Assembly: GCA_035300145.1 (NCBI GenBank)
Contig: DATGVQ010000015.1
Span: 1-59,598, forward strand
Origin: Acidiferrobacterales bacterium
GTDB lineage: Bacteria > Pseudomonadota > Gammaproteobacteria > Acidiferrobacterales > DATGVQ01
Length of the DNA: 59,598 nucleotides
Direction: 5' to 3'
Each line of letters begins with the position of its first letter. Position 1 is the first letter of the stretch. The notes beneath the pieces were generated by a model, which ran no database searches, was not told the DNA's origin, and worked only from the letters and a program-made list of their open reading frames with translations. A program made the position numbers and the translations under genes. Below, one piece after another: positions 21,402-31,097 of the stretch.

Positions 21402-21433
21402 AAAAAAAAATCCCCCGATTTAACTCGGGGGAT
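21402..21433 (-). terminator. strong intrinsic terminator with no annotated gene upstream on its strand
   Basis: The minus strand reads ATCCCCCGA-GTTAAA-TCGGGGGAT followed by T9. Confidence 0.6.
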
Positions 21434-21579
21434 ATAATGCCTGGTTCGGCATTCGGGGTGGGGGTGCACATAAGGAGAGTCCGAACCAGGTGACTCTTAA
21501 CTTTTAAAAAGATAGCGCAAGATCAGGCCGGCAACAATGGGATACCGACAATCGGGGCCGTAACGCGGACAAATGGCAG

Positions 21580-21605
21580 ACTGAGTGCCCCAAACTCAGT
21601 TTTTA
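21580..21605 (+). terminator. terminator-like hairpin 47 nt upstream of the argH ATG
   Basis: ACTGAGT-GCCCCAA-ACTCAGT followed by TTTTT. Confidence 0.35.
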
Positions 21606-21652
21606 TCGAGACTTCAGTTATACTGCAAAAAAATTTGGATTTGGATAAGGCC

Positions 21653-23047
21653 ATGTCTTCGGAAAAACCCTGGCAAGGGCGCTTTACGGAACCAACCGAT
21701 GCCTTTGTCGAAAGTTTTACCGCCTCGGTTGGATTTGATCGGCGTCTATACCGGCACGATATCGCCGGCTCGATTGCCCATGCGCAAATGCTGGCGCATG
21801 TGGGTGTGTTGACAGAACAAGAAAAAGAGCTGATCGTGCAAGGCTTACGGGAAATTCAGGCGGAGATCGAGGCGGATAAATTCACGTGGAATATCGCGCT
21901 TGAGGACGTGCACATGAATATCGAGGCGCGGTTGACCGCGCGCATCGGCGATGCGGGGAAAAAGCTTCATACCGGCCGTTCGCGCAACGATCAAGTCGCC
22001 ACCACCCTGCGTTTATACTTGCGCGAGGCGGTGGACACGGTCTCCAGTGCGCTGGTACGCCTGCAAACGGTATTGCTGGATATCGCGGAGCGTGAAGCCG
22101 CTACCATGATGCCCGGCTTCACCCATCTGCAGATCGCACAACCGGTCACCTTCGGCCACCACATGCTCGCATGGCTTGAGATGCTGCAGCGCGACTGCGA
22201 ACGCCTGCAAGATTGCCGCAAACGCATCAATATTATGCCGCTTGGCGCCGCCGCGCTGGCCGGCACCAGTTATCCGATCGATCGCGCCTTTACCGCCAAC
22301 GCGCTGGGTTTTGCCGCCCCAGCGGAAAATTCCTTGGATGCGGTCGCGGACCGGGATTTCGTCATCGAATTTACCGCCGCCGGCGCGTTGATAATGACCC
22401 ACCTGTCCCGTTTTTCGGAAGAATTGATCTTATGGTCAACCTCCCAGTTTGGATTTATCGAGCTTCCCGATGCCTTTTGCACCGGTTCCTCGATTATGCC
22501 GCAGAAGAAAAATCCCGACGTACCTGAACTGGTACGCGGCAAAACCGGCCGTGTTTACGGGCATCTTGTCGCCTTATTGACACTGATGAAAGGCCAGCCT
22601 TTGGCTTATAACAAAGATAATCAAGAAGATAAGGAGCCGGTATTCGATACTATTGATACCCTGCTTGACTGCCTGCGCGCCTTTATCGATATGCTCCCGG
22701 CTATACGGATAAACCGGGAGCGTATGGCGCACGAGGCACAACGGGGGTTTCCCACCGCCACCGACCTGGCTGATTACTTGGTGCGCAAGGGGGTGCCGTT
22801 CCGGGATGCGCATGAAATTGTGGGTAAAATCGTAAATTATGCTATAACACATAACCAGGATTTGACTGGAATAAGCTTACAAGAACTACAGAACTTTTCC
22901 AAAGTCATTGAAAATGATGTATTTGCCATATTAACCTTAGAAGGTTCGGTTAAGGCACGGAATCACCAGGGAGGCACGGCGCCAACGCAGGTTGGCAAAG
23001 CGATTCAGCGCGCGCGCAAACGCTTAGCGGCAAATGCGCCTTTTTAG
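21653..23047 (+). CDS. argH: argininosuccinate lyase
   Basis: The track ORF starts at a TTG at 21635. The ATG at 21653 gives [11 protein letters not shown]. The signature [12 protein letters not shown] is present. Confidence 0.95.
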   Translation: MSSEKPWQGRFTEPTDAFVESFTASVGFDRRLYRHDIAGSIAHAQMLAHVGVLTEQEKELIVQGLREIQAEIEADKFTWNIALEDVHMNIEARLTARIGDAGKKLHTGRSRNDQVATTLRLYLREAVDTVSSALVRLQTVLLDIAEREAATMMPGFTHLQIAQPVTFGHHMLAWLEMLQRDCERLQDCRKRINIMPLGAAALAGTSYPIDRAFTANALGFAAPAENSLDAVADRDFVIEFTAAGALIMTHLSRFSEELILWSTSQFGFIELPDAFCTGSSIMPQKKNPDVPELVRGKTGRVYGHLVALLTLMKGQPLAYNKDNQEDKEPVFDTIDTLLDCLRAFIDMLPAIRINRERMAHEAQRGFPTATDLADYLVRKGVPFRDAHEIVGKIVNYAITHNQDLTGISLQELQNFSKVIENDVFAILTLEGSVKARNHQGGTAPTQVGKAIQRARKRLAANAPF

Positions 23048-23111
23048 TTAAGCCCATACACAACATCAACTGTTTTCATGCTAGGGAAGGCCACAGCAGA
23101 GAGGAAATGGC

Positions 23112-24587
23112 ATGGAAAACCGTCGTGGAGACCGGCGGGGTAGTTCAGAAAGACGTTCGATTGGCCCGAAACTCCAAGAATTCATTGGCCTCAAATACCA
23201 GGAAGAACTAACCGCGACCTGGGAACAACAGCGCGCGCAGTTCGTGGTGCGCTATCTGTTTTGGGCGCTTGGCCTTGCCTACTTTAATCTCGGCGGACCT
23301 TCCCCCACGTGGCTCAGTTTGCCGGTAATCAACCTCGTTTACCTGGCGTATTTCTTAACCGTCTCCGGCTATCTAACCCACGCCAAATGGTATCTACAAT
23401 CGGTTCCGCGTTGGCGCCTGGCGATGTGGACTGATATTCTGGTTGTTTCGTTTTCGCTGGTAGCCGATCCTGGCACTGCTCCGCCGGCTCTATTGGCCTA
23501 TATCATGATCGTGTTGGGCAATGGCATGCGTTATGGAATGCGATTTTTTCGTGAGGCGATAATCGGTAGTTTTACCGCCGGTCTGCTCGCCTCTTATCTT
23601 CGTTATCTGGACTACGTGCACTCGATCAGTTTAGCGACTTTATGGATAATCTTATTCGGCGGTATCATTATTCTTTATGCCTATTCGCTTATGCATAAAA
23701 TCGACCGTGTCAAACAGGAACTCGAAACGAAGGGTCAGGTCGATTCTCTGACCAGCCTGCTTAACCGGCGCGCGCTGAGTGAAAAGGCCGACGTCCTGTT
23801 TAAAGCGCTGGAAAGAAATAATAAAACGCTGGCGGTGTTGTTCGCCGATTTAAACAAATTCAAGGCCATCAACGACCGCCTGGGCCATCGCACCGGCGAT
23901 CAGGTGTTGGCGCAGATCGCGAGCTTAATTTCACATTCCGTGCGGAAATCCGACATCGCCGCGCGCTATGGCGGCGATGAATTCGTCATCGTGCTGCCCG
24001 ATTCGGATTTGGATAAGGCCACCATACTGGCCAAGCGCCTGCAAGAAAACTTGCGCAGTTGGGCGCAGGGCAATCAATTCGATTTGAGCATGTCCATCGG
24101 CATCGGCGAGGCGCCGCGCCATGGCCACGACCTGGACGCCGTGCTGGAGAACGTCGACAAGGCCATGTATCGCGGCAAGTCCGCCACGGCGGAAGACGGC
24201 ATTCAGCACGTAGAGGATGATTTCTCCAACAGCGCCGACAGCACGCCGCTGCATGCGCTAAAATACCGTCTGCGCGAGTTCGCCCAGGCGCGCCAATGGG
24301 AGCAGTTTCATTCACCGAAAAATCTGGCCATGGCGCTGATCGTAGAAGCGGCCGAGATGGTGGAGCACTTCCAATGGCTGAGCGAGGAACAGAGCCGCGC
24401 GTTGCCGCCGGAAAAGCTAAAAGAGGTGGAGCAAGAGATGGCGGATATTTTTATTTACTTAATCCGGATTGCCGACGGCATAGGCATCGATCTGGAGGAA
24501 GCCACCTGGCGCAAGATCGCGCTTAACGAAGAAAAATACCCGGTCGAGAAAGTGCGCGGCAGCGCAAAAAAATACAGCGATTATTAG
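23112..24587 (+). CDS. membrane diguanylate cyclase (GGDEF) fused to a C-terminal DCTPP1/MazG-like NTP pyrophosphohydrolase domain
   Basis: 491 aa. About 5 TM segments come first, then ...LTSLLNRRAL...RYGGDEFVIVLPD. The C-terminal 110 aa read LREFAQARQWEQFHSPKNLAMALIVEAAEMVEHFQW...EMADIFIYLIRIA...NEEKYPVEKVRGSAKKY. Confidence 0.8.
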   Translation: MENRRGDRRGSSERRSIGPKLQEFIGLKYQEELTATWEQQRAQFVVRYLFWALGLAYFNLGGPSPTWLSLPVINLVYLAYFLTVSGYLTHAKWYLQSVPRWRLAMWTDILVVSFSLVADPGTAPPALLAYIMIVLGNGMRYGMRFFREAIIGSFTAGLLASYLRYLDYVHSISLATLWIILFGGIIILYAYSLMHKIDRVKQELETKGQVDSLTSLLNRRALSEKADVLFKALERNNKTLAVLFADLNKFKAINDRLGHRTGDQVLAQIASLISHSVRKSDIAARYGGDEFVIVLPDSDLDKATILAKRLQENLRSWAQGNQFDLSMSIGIGEAPRHGHDLDAVLENVDKAMYRGKSATAEDGIQHVEDDFSNSADSTPLHALKYRLREFAQARQWEQFHSPKNLAMALIVEAAEMVEHFQWLSEEQSRALPPEKLKEVEQEMADIFIYLIRIADGIGIDLEEATWRKIALNEEKYPVEKVRGSAKKYSDY

Positions 24588-24593
24588 CATGGT

Positions 24594-24620
24594 GTTGAAA
24601 AACTCTGTTTTTCAACTTTC
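24594..24620 (+). terminator. probable terminator after the GGDEF gene
   Basis: GTTGAAAAA-CTCTG-TTTTTCAAC followed by TTTC. Confidence 0.45.
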
Positions 24621-24646
24621 AACACCCTACTAGCCCCTCGTGCCTT

Positions 24647-25486
24647 GTGAATTACCAGCATGCCTATCACGCCGGTAATGTCGCCGATGTATTCAAGCAT
24701 TGCGTGCTGATAGAGATCCTGCGCTCACTGCAAAAAAAGCCCGCTCCTTTTTGCGTTGTGGACACGCACGCCGGCAGCGGCATTTACCGGCTAAAGCCGC
24801 CCGGTGAATACGAACAGGGGATTGGTCAACTGTGGCCGGAACGAGAGCGATGGCCGGCGTTGGCCGATTACTTCGCCGTGATCGAAAAATTCAACGGCAG
24901 AGGCCCCCTCAAACATTATCCCGGCTCACCCTTAATCATCAGGACATTCCTGCGCGCGCAAGCGCCCACATCGCGGGATCAAGCCATACTAATGGAATTG
25001 CATCCTGAGGAATTCAAAAAGTTGAAAGAAAATTTAACCGGGACTAAAGGGGTGGCGGTGCACCATACCGACGGCTGCAATGGGCTTAAGGCGTTTGTGC
25101 CGCCGGCGGAAAACCGCGGCCTGGTTTTGATTGACCCACCTTACGAGGAGCCGGGCGAATTTAAGCGGGTTGTCCTGGTGCTTACGCGCGCACTAAAACA
25201 CTGGCGCAACGGAATTTATATGGCCTGGTACCCGATTAAGGCGCGCAAACCAGTGACTGAGTTTCTGCAGGCGATCCGGGCCTTGCAAGCAAAGGCCATG
25301 GCGGTGGAATTTCTCACTTTACCTACCGATGTGGAGCAACGGCTGAACGGCAGCGGCTTGATCATTATCAACCCGCCATGGAAATTACTCCAGCACCTCA
25401 AAACCCTATTGCCGCCGTTAGCGCTCCGGCTAGCTGGGCCTACAGGAACACCCCAAACCGCCTTTTATCACCTGGATGGTAAATAA
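24647..25486 (+). CDS. rlmJ: 23S rRNA (adenine2030-N6)-methyltransferase
   Basis: GTG start. The ORF begins MNYQHAYHAGNVADVFKH and contains LIDPPYE. Confidence 0.9.
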   Translation: MNYQHAYHAGNVADVFKHCVLIEILRSLQKKPAPFCVVDTHAGSGIYRLKPPGEYEQGIGQLWPERERWPALADYFAVIEKFNGRGPLKHYPGSPLIIRTFLRAQAPTSRDQAILMELHPEEFKKLKENLTGTKGVAVHHTDGCNGLKAFVPPAENRGLVLIDPPYEEPGEFKRVVLVLTRALKHWRNGIYMAWYPIKARKPVTEFLQAIRALQAKAMAVEFLTLPTDVEQRLNGSGLIIINPPWKLLQHLKTLLPPLALRLAGPTGTPQTAFYHLDGK

Positions 25487-25546
25487 AATTGATTTAAGCA
25501 AACAAAAATTTTACGATAGTTTTCTCACCATTCTTACAGATCCGTT

Positions 25547-26473
25547 TTGAGCCTCATACGCATCGGCACGCGCAAAAGCCAATTAGCCTTATGGCAAGCT
25601 GAGTACGTGCAGCAACGCCTGCAGGCGATATCACCGGGACTGCACGTGCGCCTGGTAAAAATGACCACGCAGGGCGACCGGAAGCTCGATACCCCCCTGG
25701 CCAAGGTAGGCGGCAAGGGGCTGTTCACGAAAGAACTCGAACAAGGCTTATTGGATGGCCACATCGATCTCGCCGTGCATTCCCTGAAGGATGTGACGCT
25801 GACTTTACCCGAGGGATTGCACATCCCGGTCGTGTGCGAACGTGAAGATGCGCGTGATGTGTTCGTTTCTAATGCCTACCCGGATCTCGCTGCCTTGCCA
25901 CGGGATGCGCGCATCGGCACTTCCAGCTTGCGCCGCCAAAGTCAATTACGCCATCGCTGGCCGCATTTGCAAATTATAAACTTGCGCGGGAACGTCAACT
26001 CGCGTCTCACTAAGCTCGATACCGGCGAATTCGATGCTCTTATCCTCGCCGCCGCCGGGCTTAAGCGCCTCGGCTGGGCCTCGCGCATCCGCCGCTATTT
26101 AGAGCCGGAACACATGTTACCGGCTGTAGGACAAGGGGCGATCTGCATCGAATGCCGCCGCGACCATAGGGAGATTAACCGTTTGCTGGCGCCGTTAAAT
26201 CACATCCCTACGCAAATTTGTATTCAGGCGGAGCGCGCTATGAACGCACGCCTGGAAGGAGGCTGCCAAATACCGATCGCCGGCTATGCGCAATTAGACC
26301 AGGACAGGCTACGTCTGCGCGGCTTGGTAGGCGCACCGGACGGCAGCCGCATTATTTATGCGGAAAAATGGGGTGCAGATAAGCAAGCGGAACAATTGGG
26401 CATCAGCGTTGCCTCCGAACTGCTGGCCCAAGGTGCGCAAACGATACTTGATCAAGTCTATGGCCGCCCCTGA
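25547..26473 (+). CDS. hemC: hydroxymethylbilane synthase (porphobilinogen deaminase)
   Basis: 308 aa with [16 protein letters not shown]...LHSLKDV...[11 protein letters not shown]. Confidence 0.95.
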   Translation: MSLIRIGTRKSQLALWQAEYVQQRLQAISPGLHVRLVKMTTQGDRKLDTPLAKVGGKGLFTKELEQGLLDGHIDLAVHSLKDVTLTLPEGLHIPVVCEREDARDVFVSNAYPDLAALPRDARIGTSSLRRQSQLRHRWPHLQIINLRGNVNSRLTKLDTGEFDALILAAAGLKRLGWASRIRRYLEPEHMLPAVGQGAICIECRRDHREINRLLAPLNHIPTQICIQAERAMNARLEGGCQIPIAGYAQLDQDRLRLRGLVGAPDGSRIIYAEKWGADKQAEQLGISVASELLAQGAQTILDQVYGRP

Positions 26474-27266
26474 TGCGCCCGCCTGCGGGTACCTGCACAA
26501 CATCCATGTACTGGTAACGCGACCTCAGGGGCATGCGGATAATTTAGTGCGCCTGCTTGAGACCGATGGCGCACACGCCATCCGTTTCCCAACCATAGAA
26601 ATCCGCGAACCGCGGGACCAGACTAGCCTTTTGCAAATTATTGACCGGATAAATGACTTCGATATCGCCATATTCATCAGCCCCAATGCCGTCATCCATG
26701 CGATGCGTCTCATCCAGGCCCGCGGCGCTTTGGCGCAACACGTATTGCTTGCTTGTGTAGGGCACGGCTCCGTGCAGGCGCTTAAAAATCTCGGTTATGC
26801 GCCGGCGCTGGTGCCACCGGAAAAATTCGACAGCGAAGCCTTACTAGCCCTGTCACCGCTACAAAATGTGCGGAATAAAAAAATCATCATCTTCCGCGGC
26901 GAGACCGGGCGCGAATTATTAGCCAGTACTCTGCGAACGCGGGGCGCGCAGGTCGAATATGCCGAGTGCTACCGACGCGTAAAGCCACAAGTGGATGCAG
27001 GGCCGTTGCTGCAGCAGTGGGCGCGCGGCGAGGTGCATATCGTCACCCTGACCAGCGTTGATGGATTGCGCAATCTGTTTGACTTATTAGGGGAAGCGGG
27101 ACGAGAATGGTTGATCAACACTCCAGCAGTAGTGATCAGTGAGCGCCTGGCGGAAGTATGCCGCGAATTAGGGTTCAAAACTGCTCCACTTATCGCCGAA
27201 GAGGCCAGTGATGCAGCCATCATCCAATGTATTAAGGCATGGCGCAAATCGCAAATTTCCCTATAA
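26460..27266 (+). CDS. hemD: uroporphyrinogen-III synthase
   Basis: The track ORF 26358..27266 overlaps hemC heavily. The ATG at 26460 (MAAPDAP...[13 protein letters not shown]) overlaps it by only 14 nt. Confidence 0.85.
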   Translation: MAAPDAPACGYLHNIHVLVTRPQGHADNLVRLLETDGAHAIRFPTIEIREPRDQTSLLQIIDRINDFDIAIFISPNAVIHAMRLIQARGALAQHVLLACVGHGSVQALKNLGYAPALVPPEKFDSEALLALSPLQNVRNKKIIIFRGETGRELLASTLRTRGAQVEYAECYRRVKPQVDAGPLLQQWARGEVHIVTLTSVDGLRNLFDLLGEAGREWLINTPAVVISERLAEVCRELGFKTAPLIAEEASDAAIIQCIKAWRKSQISL

Positions 27267-27312
27267 TCGTTAGAACACAGTTGCGTCATGAAGAGATTGA
27301 CTGCCGTTATTG

Positions 27313-27349
27313 CCTAAGGAACCTCTGATTAAGTCAGAGGTTCCTTAGG
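27313..27349. repeat. 16-bp perfect palindrome between hemD and hemX
   Basis: CCTAAGGAACCTCTGA-ttaag-TCAGAGGTTCCTTAGG. Confidence 0.8.
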
Positions 27350-27387
27350 AAGAGTTTAACTAGTGGACTATCATCAGCAAAACCAGC

Positions 27388-28452
27388 ATGAATGAAAAAC
27401 AGATAGAGAAAGTTACCGCTACTGAAAAGACATCCGATCAGGCAACCAAGGAGGCGGCGAAAAAACCCGCTAAAAGGCTTGGGCCGCAGACGCTTTACGG
27501 TGGTCTGGCGCTTATCCTGACCCTGGTCGCCCTAATCCTAAGCGGTTACCTCTGGTACATGCTGACGGAAAAAAAAGGCCTGTTTAATACCGACGTAGTG
27601 GGAAAACTGGAGCAGCTTGAAAATACCGCGGATTCATTGCAAAGAAATGCCGCGATTGCCGAACAGGACATTAGCACTCTAAAAGAAACTCAGGACACGG
27701 TTAAAAGCGCCATCGACAAACTCAACGCCGACATCGGTAAAACCAGAACTGAGTGGGCGCTGGCGGAAACCGAGGGATTACTGGTGATCGCCAACCACCG
27801 CCTGCAACTGGCACGGGACGTTAATTTGGCCTTAATTACATTACGCGCCGCCGATAGCCAATTAAAACAGCTGGCGAATCCCAACCTTTTACCAGTTAGA
27901 AGAATATTGGCCGACGAGATCAGCCAACTCGAATCGCTCGAACGGGTAGATATCCCGGGATTGGCGCTGCAGCTTAACAGCATGGCCAACCGGATAGACA
28001 AGCTACCGCTGGCGATGGAAACGAAATTTAAGAAAACCGAGGTGCCTGAAACCAAACAAACGGAAAACCCCTCAGCCGGGACATGGCGGCAATTCCTTCG
28101 GGAGATCTGGAAAGATTTCATCAACCTTATTCGGATCCGGAACAACGCCGAGACGCGTAAGCCGTTATTGCCGCCGGAACAGTATTATTTCTTGCGGGAA
28201 AATCTGCGCCTCATGTTGTATGGAGCGCAGCTTGCGTTATTAGAGCGCAATGAAGCTGTCTACAAGCAAAATCTTAAATCAGCCGATCAATGGATAACGG
28301 AATACTTCGATAACACCACGCAAGTCATTATTAGCATGCGAAAAGATTTAGAAAAAATGCTAAGAACTCCGATAAGGGAGGACGTACCGGACATCTCCGC
28401 CTCCCTGCAAGCCTTGCGCCAAGCCACTGCAAAAACGGGTAACTCTCCATGA
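27388..28452 (+). CDS. hemX: HemX protein (uroporphyrinogen-III C-methyltransferase-like membrane protein)
   Basis: 354 aa, one TM then coiled coil, in the conserved hemCDXY position. Confidence 0.8.
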   Translation: MNEKQIEKVTATEKTSDQATKEAAKKPAKRLGPQTLYGGLALILTLVALILSGYLWYMLTEKKGLFNTDVVGKLEQLENTADSLQRNAAIAEQDISTLKETQDTVKSAIDKLNADIGKTRTEWALAETEGLLVIANHRLQLARDVNLALITLRAADSQLKQLANPNLLPVRRILADEISQLESLERVDIPGLALQLNSMANRIDKLPLAMETKFKKTEVPETKQTENPSAGTWRQFLREIWKDFINLIRIRNNAETRKPLLPPEQYYFLRENLRLMLYGAQLALLERNEAVYKQNLKSADQWITEYFDNTTQVIISMRKDLEKMLRTPIREDVPDISASLQALRQATAKTGNSP

Positions 28453-29711
28453 AATTATTGATTTTTATTATCGCCGTTTTGTTTGCATCGATCGCGTTAA
28501 CGTTATTGGCTATGGAAAATCCCGGCTACGTGTTGATCGCGCGCGAACCCTGGAGCATCGAGATGCCATTAACCCTGTTTGGCTTGCTGTTCATCATTGC
28601 CGCCGCGCTCGTCTCTTTCTCATGGAACGCGCTCGCGCGGATGTTAAATATACCGCGTGAGGTCGCCAGGTGGCGCCGGTTGCGGCACAATCGCAAAGTA
28701 CAAGAAGGATTAACGCAGGGACTCACTCAGCTTATGGAAGGAAATTGGCCGAAAGCGGAAAAACGGCTGTTATCCGATCTGCGGCACAATCAAACTCCGC
28801 TGCTTAATTATCTCGCCGCCGCCTATGCCGCGCAACACCAGGGGGATAATGAAAAGCGCGATGAATATCTCGCACTTGCTCATCAGAGCTCGCCGGACGA
28901 TGAGTTAGCCATCGGCATGACCAAAGCCCAATTGCACTTTCTGGCGCATCAATACGAACGGGCTTTGGCGACGTTGACGCAATTGCGTGTACGCACGCCC
29001 AACCACGGTCAAGTGCTAAAATTGCTCGCCCGGGTCTATCGCGAATTACGCGATTGGGCAAGCCTTGCCAATTTGATCCCGGAATTGCGCAAACATAAGG
29101 CGCTGACAGCGCAAGAAATCGAGGCGCTGGAATTACAAACGCATCAGGAATTATTAATCCTATCGCTGCCGGTCGGTTCCATCGACGTGCTCGAGAAAGC
29201 CTGGCAAGTAGTGCCGAAAAACCTGCGCCAACATCCCACCCTTATCAATATTTACGCCCGGCATCTGATCAAACAACAACAGATGGATAGCTGTGAAGCG
29301 CTACTAAACGACGCTATAAAAAGAAAATGGGACGACGAGTTGGTTTACTTATATGGAATTACGCGCAGCGCAAATCCGGGTGCGCAACTGGGAACCGCGG
29401 AAAGTTGGCTTAACCTCCAGCCCGATAGCCCGGTGCTGTTATTGACGTTAGGCCGCTTGGCGCTGGCCAATAAGCTGCGCGCTAAGGCCTTGGGCTATTT
29501 TGAAAAATGCGTCGCCTTGCGCGAGCTGCCGGAAGCTTACAGCGAGCTGGGAAGCCTGTTAGAACAATCCGGCCAAACCGATAAAGCGCGCGAATGCTAT
29601 CAGCGCGGATTGAAGGTGGCCGGGCAATTGCGCGGTGAAACGGAAAAAACGAGCCCATCCAATTTAGGCAACGGCATGCTGGGAAGCCAGATACACAATC
29701 CGGTCGGATAA
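28449..29711 (+). CDS. hemY: HemY protein (TPR, membrane-anchored)
   Basis: 420 aa, two N-terminal TM segments plus TPR-like repeats. It overlaps hemX by 4 nt. Confidence 0.8.
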   Translation: MKLLIFIIAVLFASIALTLLAMENPGYVLIAREPWSIEMPLTLFGLLFIIAAALVSFSWNALARMLNIPREVARWRRLRHNRKVQEGLTQGLTQLMEGNWPKAEKRLLSDLRHNQTPLLNYLAAAYAAQHQGDNEKRDEYLALAHQSSPDDELAIGMTKAQLHFLAHQYERALATLTQLRVRTPNHGQVLKLLARVYRELRDWASLANLIPELRKHKALTAQEIEALELQTHQELLILSLPVGSIDVLEKAWQVVPKNLRQHPTLINIYARHLIKQQQMDSCEALLNDAIKRKWDDELVYLYGITRSANPGAQLGTAESWLNLQPDSPVLLLTLGRLALANKLRAKALGYFEKCVALRELPEAYSELGSLLEQSGQTDKARECYQRGLKVAGQLRGETEKTSPSNLGNGMLGSQIHNPVG

Positions 29712-29718
29712 TTAGAAC

Positions 29719-29750
29719 GCTGAGAAAGTCCATCCATGGCCTTTCTCAGC
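29719..29750 (+). terminator. hairpin after hemY (no U-tract)
   Basis: GCTGAGAAAG-12 nt-CTTTCTCAGC. Confidence 0.4.
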
Positions 29751-30010
29751 ACGACAAATTCGCCGGGAGCGAATTTGGAACGCGTAGCGGCCCCGAAGGG
29801 GTGAGGCACAGGATGTGCCGAAACACAAATTCGCCGGGAGCGAATTTGGACGCGCGCAGCGCGCCCGTGAGGGTGCGTGCCAGGGATGGTGCGCATCAAA
29901 AGCAAAAAGTGGCCGCTCTTGCGCATCCTTGCGCTCGGCCGTGCCCTCCGTCCCGCCTCCCGCGGCATTACTACTTCCCTGTACGGCACGGCATTCGTGC
30001 GTCCTGCACA
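29751..30010. repeat. cluster of GC-rich palindromic repeat units
   Basis: ACAAATTCGCCGGGAGCGAATTTGGA occurs twice (29753-29778 and 29824-29849). GAGGCACAGGATGTGCCG, CCAGGGATGG and CGGCATTACTACTTCCCTGTACG are homologous to the units at 31518-31628 and 57550-57640. Confidence 0.75.
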
Positions 30011-30119
30011 GCATGATTTTTGCTTTTCTTCATTTTTCAATCACTGACATGATTGAAAAATGGCGGCACATCCCTATACCGCACCGCAGGGTGCCGAAAA
30101 ACAGGCACCCTGCCACCCG

Positions 30120-31058
30120 TCATATTTTTTCCGGACGGATGGGGATAACAGAGGCATAATTCGCCGGCGGTATCTCAGCCGGAATTTCCGGTTGCAAAGT
30201 AATGTGATTGATATTGAACCTCCGCAGCAGCAAGCGCATCTCCTCCAATAATTTTGCCCATTTAGAGAGGTCCTCTACCACTACGTGGGCCGACAAGGCC
30301 AGCATTCCGGATGATAATGCCCAAATATGCAAATCATGCACGGAGATGACGCCTGATACCTGCGCCATCGCCCTTCCTACCGCGTTTAAATCAAGCTCCA
30401 GCGGCACCCCTTCCATTAATACATGCAGCGCCTCCCACAACAGCTTAAATGTCGAATACAAAATCAGAACGCAGATAAACAACGATAAGATCGGGTCGAT
30501 CGGCGTCCACTGCGTGAAATAAATCACCGCGCCGGCAATGAATGCGGCGACTGAGCCCAGCAGATCGCCGATCACATGTAATAGAACGCTGCGGATATTG
30601 AGACTCGATCCATCGCGGCTAAGCCGTAAGATGACGAATGCATTCACAATCAAACCGATTAGCGCGATACCCATTACCGCGCCCCCGGCAATCGACTCCG
30701 GCTGCCGCAAGCGCTGTATTGCCGCGATGGCAATGCCGATTACTATCCCCAACATTACCAGGCCGTTGATCAGCGCAACCACGATCTCCGCGCGCGCAAA
30801 ACCATAGGAATGGCGCCGCGACGGCGGGCGTTTGCTGAACCATGTTGCAAGCAGCGATAAACCCAGGGCCGCCGCGTCAGAAAACATATGGCTGGCGTCG
30901 CCCAAAAGCGCCAACGAATGCGCCCACCAGCCGCCGATCGCCTCGAACAAGGCAAATACCAAAGTCAGGATCAAAGCCGTACGCAGGCCGCTCCCGGCAC
31001 GGTTGTGATGGGCCGATGCGAGTCCTTGATGGCTATGATGATGCGATGCGTTCGACAC
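30120..31058 (-). CDS. cation diffusion facilitator (CzcD/ZitB-like) efflux transporter
   Basis: 312 aa with a His-rich N-terminus, ...GDASHMFSDAAALG... and ...HVIGDLLGS.... Confidence 0.85.
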   Translation of the reverse strand: MSNASHHHSHQGLASAHHNRAGSGLRTALILTLVFALFEAIGGWWAHSLALLGDASHMFSDAAALGLSLLATWFSKRPPSRRHSYGFARAEIVVALINGLVMLGIVIGIAIAAIQRLRQPESIAGGAVMGIALIGLIVNAFVILRLSRDGSSLNIRSVLLHVIGDLLGSVAAFIAGAVIYFTQWTPIDPILSLFICVLILYSTFKLLWEALHVLMEGVPLELDLNAVGRAMAQVSGVISVHDLHIWALSSGMLALSAHVVVEDLSKWAKLLEEMRLLLRRFNINHITLQPEIPAEIPPANYASVIPIRPEKI

Positions 31059-31097
31059 GGCTTTATAAGCAATCCACTGGTTTTGCCAAAAGTAAAG

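Noticed and set aside
21302-21493. 63-aa ORF in the algZ/argH spacer, and the 5-codon GTG mini-ORF after TAAGGAGAG
   Set aside because: The 63-aa ORF runs through two strong hairpins and is Arg-rich nonsense. The mini-ORF is too short to evaluate. The region is treated as RNA structure instead.
29753-29849. Two identical 26-nt hairpin units 71 nt apart, considered as a mini CRISPR array
   Set aside because: There are only two copies. The units are self-complementary REP-like hairpins embedded in other palindromes. There are no cas genes and no regular repeat-spacer periodicity.
29600-30159. ORFs 29600..30040(-), 29712..30014(-), 29801..30016(+) and 29815..30159(+)
   Set aside because: They lie entirely within the palindromic repeat cluster. 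They are mutually overlapping on both strands and of low complexity.
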